From the human T2T-CHM13v2.0 reference genome, Homo sapiens, in the NCBI RefSeq assembly GCF_009914755.1, contig NC_060927.1: 64,000 nt of DNA; one strand, 5' to 3'. The translations under genes and the position numbers were made by a program. A model generated the notes under the pieces. That model was given only the letters and a program-made list of their open reading frames with translations. It was not told the DNA's origin and ran no database searches. Below are positions 55,901 through 64,000 of the stretch, piece by piece; position 1 is the first letter of the stretch, and each line of letters opens with the position of its first letter.

Positions 55901-57280
55901 CTATGATGATCCTTTGTATTTCTGTGGTATCGGTTGCAATCTTTACTTTTTAACTTCTGGTTTTATTGATCTGGGGTTTATCTCTTTTTCTTAGTCTAGA
56001 TAAGGTTTTGTTAATTATCTTTTTTTAAAAAAAATATTTTTGCCAACTTTTAAAATCATTATTATTTCCAATTTTATTTATTTCTGCTCATTTATTATTT
56101 ATTCTCTTCTACTAATTTTGGGTTTGGTTTGTTCTTGCTTTCAAGTTCCCTGAGGTGTGTCATTAGATTTTTTTTTAAGAGTTTCTATTTTGGGGGTGTG
56201 GGTATTTATTGCTATAGACTTCCCACTTAGTATTGGTTTTGCTATATCTCATAGGCTCTGGAATTTTGTGTTCCCATTTTCATTTATTTCAATAAATTAA
56301 AAAAAATGTTTCCTTTAATTTCTAAATTGACCCATTGGTCATCTAGGTGCAAGTTTTTTTAAATTTCACGTATTTAAAAAAACTTTCATAGTTTCCAAAG
56401 TTCCTCCTCTGATTGATTTCTGGTTTTATCCCATTGGGGTCAGTTTCCATAGTTCCTCCTCTGATTGATTTCTAGTTTTATCCCATTGTGGTCATAAAAG
56501 ATATTTGATATAGTTTTGACTTTTTAAAAATTATTGAGACTTGTTTTGTGGCTTAACATGTGGCCTATCCTGGAGAATATTCCATGTGCTGATAAGAAAA
56601 ATGTATATTCTGCAGCAGTTGAATGAAATACTCTGTAAATGTCTGTTAGGCTCATTTGGTGTAGGGTCTAGTTTAACTCCAACGTTTGTTTATTTTCTGT
56701 CTTCATAATCTGCCCATTGCTGTAACTGGGGTGTTGAAGTCCCCTACTACTATTTTATTGCAGTCCACCTCTCCCTTTAGATCTCTTAATATTTGCTTTA
56801 CATATCTGGGGACTCTGATGTTTAGCGCATACGTATATTGACAATTGTTATATCCTCTTGTTTAATTGACCCTTTTTTATTATATAATGACCTTTTTTGT
56901 TCTTTTTTTGGTAAAGATTTCGATTTAAGGTCCATTTTATCTGATATAAGTTTAGCTATTCTTCCTCTTTTGGTTTCTGTTTGCATGGAATATTTTATAC
57001 TATCCTCTCATTTTCAGTGTACATGTATTTTTATAGGCAAAGAGTTCTTCTCATAGGCAGCATATAGTTGGGTTTTATTTTTTTAATTTATTAAGCCATG
57101 CTTTATCTTTTAATTGGAGAATGTAGTCCATTTACATTCATTGTTACTACTAATAGGTAGGGACTTACTACTGCCATTGTCTTACCTGTTTTCTAGTTGT
57201 TTTGTAACTATTCTCTTTCTTTCTTCCTTTCTTACTATCTTCCATTGTGTTTAGTTATTTTTTTCTGGTAGTACGTTTTA
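52920..57280 (-). mobile_element. L1MA-type element (3'UTR plus degenerate ORF2)
   Basis: L1MA 3' end (gtacatattttgggggtacat...ccatcacctcaaacatttatc). ORF2 remnants at 53656..53868, 54330..54560, 55330..55536 and 55674..55871. Confidence 0.87.
56390..56493. repeat. 52-bp tandem duplication inside the L1MA
   Basis: agtttcca(a/t)agttcctcctctgattgatttct(g/a)gttttatcccattg(g/t)ggtc occurs twice. Confidence 0.9.
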
Positions 57281-57563
57281 AATAAGTTATTTATTTATTT
57301 ATTTTGTATTTATTTTTTATTTTTATTTATTTATTTTTTTAAGTTTTTTTTCTTTTATTATTATACTTTAAGTTTTAGGGTACATGTGCACATTGTGCAG
57401 GTTAGTTACATATGTGTACATGTGCCATGCTGGTGTGCTGCACCCACTAACTTGTCATCTAGCATTAGGTATATCTCCCAATGCTATCCCTTCCCCCTCC
57501 CCCCACCCACAACAGTCCCCAGAGTGTGATGTTCCCCTTCCTGTGTCCATGTGATCTCATTTT

Positions 57564-61390
<3,827 letters not shown>

Positions 61391-61453
61391 TATGATGTTA
61401 GCTGGTTATTTTGCTCGTTAGTGGATGCAGTTTCTTCCTAGTCTCGATGGTCT

Positions 61454-62467
61454 TTACATTTTGGCATGATTTTGCAGCAGCTGGTACCGGTTGTTCCTTT
61501 CCATGTTTAGCGCTTCCTTCAGGAGCTCTTTTAGGGCAGGCCTGGTGGTGACAAAATCTCTCAGCATTTGCTTGTCTATAAAGGATTTTATTTCTCCTTC
61601 ACTTATGAAGCTTAGTTTGGCTGGATATGAAATTCTGGGTTGAAAATTCTTTTCTTTAAGAATGTTGAATATTGGCCCCCACTCTCTTCTTGCTTGTAGA
61701 GTTTCTCCTGAGAGGTCCGCTATTAGTCTGATGGGCTTCCCTTTGTGGGTAACCTGACCTTTCTCTCTGACTGTCGTTAACTTTTTTTCCTTCATTTCAA
61801 CTTTGGTGAATCTGACAATTATGTGTCTTGGAGTTGCTCTTCTTGAGGAGTATCTTTGTGGCATTCTCTGTATTTCGTGAATTTGAATGTTGGCTGCCCT
61901 GCTAGATTGGGGAAGTTCTCCTGGATAATATCCTGCAGAGTGTTTTCCAGCTTGGTTCCATTCTCCCCATCACTTTCAGGTACACCAATCAGACGTAGAT
62001 TTGGTCTTTTCACATAGTCCCATATTTCTTGGAGGCTTTATTCATTTCTTTTTATTCTTTTTTCTCTAAACTTCTCTTCTCACTTCATTTCATTCATTTG
62101 ATCTTCCATCACTGATATCCTTTCTTCCAGTTGATCAAATCGGCTACTGAGGCTTGTGCGTTCATCACGTAGTTCTTGTGCCATGGTTTTCAGCTCCCTC
62201 AGGTCCTTTAAGGACTTCTCTGCATTGGTTATTCTAGTTAGCCATTCGTCTAAGTTTTTTTCAAGGTTTTTAACTTCTTTGCCATGGGTTCGAACTTCCT
62301 CCTTTAGCTCAGAGATGTTTGATCATCTGAAGCCGTCTTCTCTCAACTCGTCAAAGTCATTCTCCATCCAGCTTTGTTCCATTGCTGGTGAGGAGCTGCA
62401 TTCCTTTAGAGAAGGAGAGGCACTCTGATTTAGAGTTTCCAGTTTTTCTGCTCTGTTTTTTCCCCAT
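61454..62467 (-). pseudogene. Disrupted L1 ORF1
   Basis: ATG (MGKKQ) at 62467. Fragments 61819..62013 and 61454..61864 are in different frames. Confidence 0.92.
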
Positions 62468-63504
62468 CTTTGTGGTTTTATCTACCTTTGGTCTTTAATG
62501 ATGGTGACGTACAGATGGGGTTTTGGTGTGGATGTCCTTTGTGTTTGTTACTTTTCCTTCTAACAGTCAGGACCCTCAGCTGCAGGTCTGTTGGAGTTTG
62601 CTGGAGGTCCACTCCAGACCCTGTTTGCCTGGGTATCAGCAGTGGAGGCTGCACAACAGCGGATATTGGTGAACAGCAAATGTTGCTACCTGATCGTTCC
62701 TCTGGAAGTTTTGTCTCAGAGGAGTACCTAGCCATTTGAGGTGTCAGTCTGTCCCTACTGGGGGGTGCCTCCCAGTTAGGCTACTCGGGGGTCAGGGACC
62801 CACTTGAGGAGGCAGTTTGTCCATTCTCAGATGTCCAGCTGTGTGCTAGGAGAACCACTACTCTCTTCAAAGCTATCAGAGAGGGACATTTAAGTCTGCA
62901 GAGGATTCTGCTGCCTTTTGTTTGGCAATGTCCTGCCCCCAGAGGTGGCATCTGCAGAAGCAGGCAGGCCTCCTTGAGCTGCAGTGGGCTCCACCCAGTT
63001 CGATCTTCCTGGCCGCTTTGTTTACCTACTCAAGCCTAAGCAATGGCGGGTCCCCCTCCCCCAGCCTTGTTGCTGCCTTGCAGTTTGATCTCAGACTGCT
63101 GTGCTAGCAGTGAGTGAGGCTCCGTGGTCGTAGGACCCTCCAAGCCAGGCGCTGGATATAATCTCCTGGTGTGCCGTTTGCTAAGATCGTTGGAAAAGCA
63201 CAGTATTAGGGTGGGAGTGACCCGATTTTCCAGGCGCCGTCTGTCACCCCTTTCTTTGACTAGGATAGGGAATTCCCTAACCCCTTGTGCTTCCCAGGTG
63301 AGGCAATGCCTTGCCCTGCTTCAGCTCACACTTGGTGCGCTGCACCCACTGTCCTGCACCCACTTTCTGACACTCCCCAGTGAGATGAACCCGGTACCTC
63401 AGTTGGAAATGCAGAAATCACCCGTCTTCTGCGTCACTCATGCTGGGAGCTGTAGATTGGAGTCTAGCATTTCTTTAAATGTTAAATGTGCATCCTTCGA
63501 GCTG

Positions 63505-63590
63505 GAGAGCTCCACATGGCTGGGGAGGCCTCAAGAAACTTACAGTCATGGTGGACAGCACCTCTTCACAGGGCAGCAGGAGAGAGAATC
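63505..63590 (-). mobile_element. Short MST/THE1 MaLR fragment
   Basis: ccacatggctggggaggcctcaagaaacttacagtcatggtgga...cagcaggagagagaat. Confidence 0.75.
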
Positions 63591-64000
63591 CCACATTGTG
63601 TTTTCAGTGCAAGTTTTCACCTGTGAATTGTCTTTGGTTGATCTCTTGATTGGTAATATTTTTTATAGACACAGGATTTTAAAATTGATTTCTATATTTC
63701 TATATTTTGAACATTATTTCTCCTTTAATGAATTGATCAATTAAATTCTATTATTATTACTTATTCAATAATTTTTAAATTTTTAATATTTATCTCAAAA
63801 TTCAATTTTTAAATTTATCTCAAAAGTATTTTTCAAATTTTAACCATGGTCTTAATAGTAGTGATTAAATAATCATATATGTTATGATTAAAGTTTTATC
63901 TATTAAAATCTGTAAGAAGAATAGGCTTTATATCAAAATTATTCATCTAGTTCCAGTGATTTATGTTTGTTGTTCAGACAGTACAATGCTCTTTTTATTG

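Noticed and set aside
63124-63744. 206-aa plus-strand ORF as a new gene
   Set aside because: GTG start, stitched from L1 5'UTR antisense (ORF0 frame), a MaLR fragment and AT-rich intron.

Overview
Human-type (primate) genomic DNA. From the spliced proteins I recognise the C3orf52(TTMP)-MIR567-GCSAM-SLC9C1 locus, which I recall as chr3q13.2. The + strand carries the last four coding exons of C3orf52 (1-83, 6658-6728, 10079-10260, 13757-13761, then 3'UTR to ~15.3 kb), with the MIR567 hairpin in an intron. The - strand carries the complete six-exon GCSAM/HGAL gene (537-nt CDS, 178 aa, convergent with C3orf52) and the last three coding exons of SLC9C1. The rest is mostly transposon-derived: Alus, MIR/L2, MER21, MST, THE1, LTR1, a solo HERV-K LTR5 and three large L1s. 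I see no prokaryote-type system or CRISPR array, and almost all ORFs in the supplied track are repeat-derived or spurious. The most interesting signals are: (1) an apparently chimeric L1 (young-type 3' part, older-type 5' part, no TSD, flanking L1 not resumed), suggesting an L1-L1 recombination deletion; (2) a sense-oriented LTR5 45 bp from an SLC9C1 splice acceptor; (3) dual-frame use of the C3orf52 last exon, ending in an Alu; (4) an Alu insertion with target-site deletion. Repeat subfamily names come from recalled consensus sequences, not from an alignment run.
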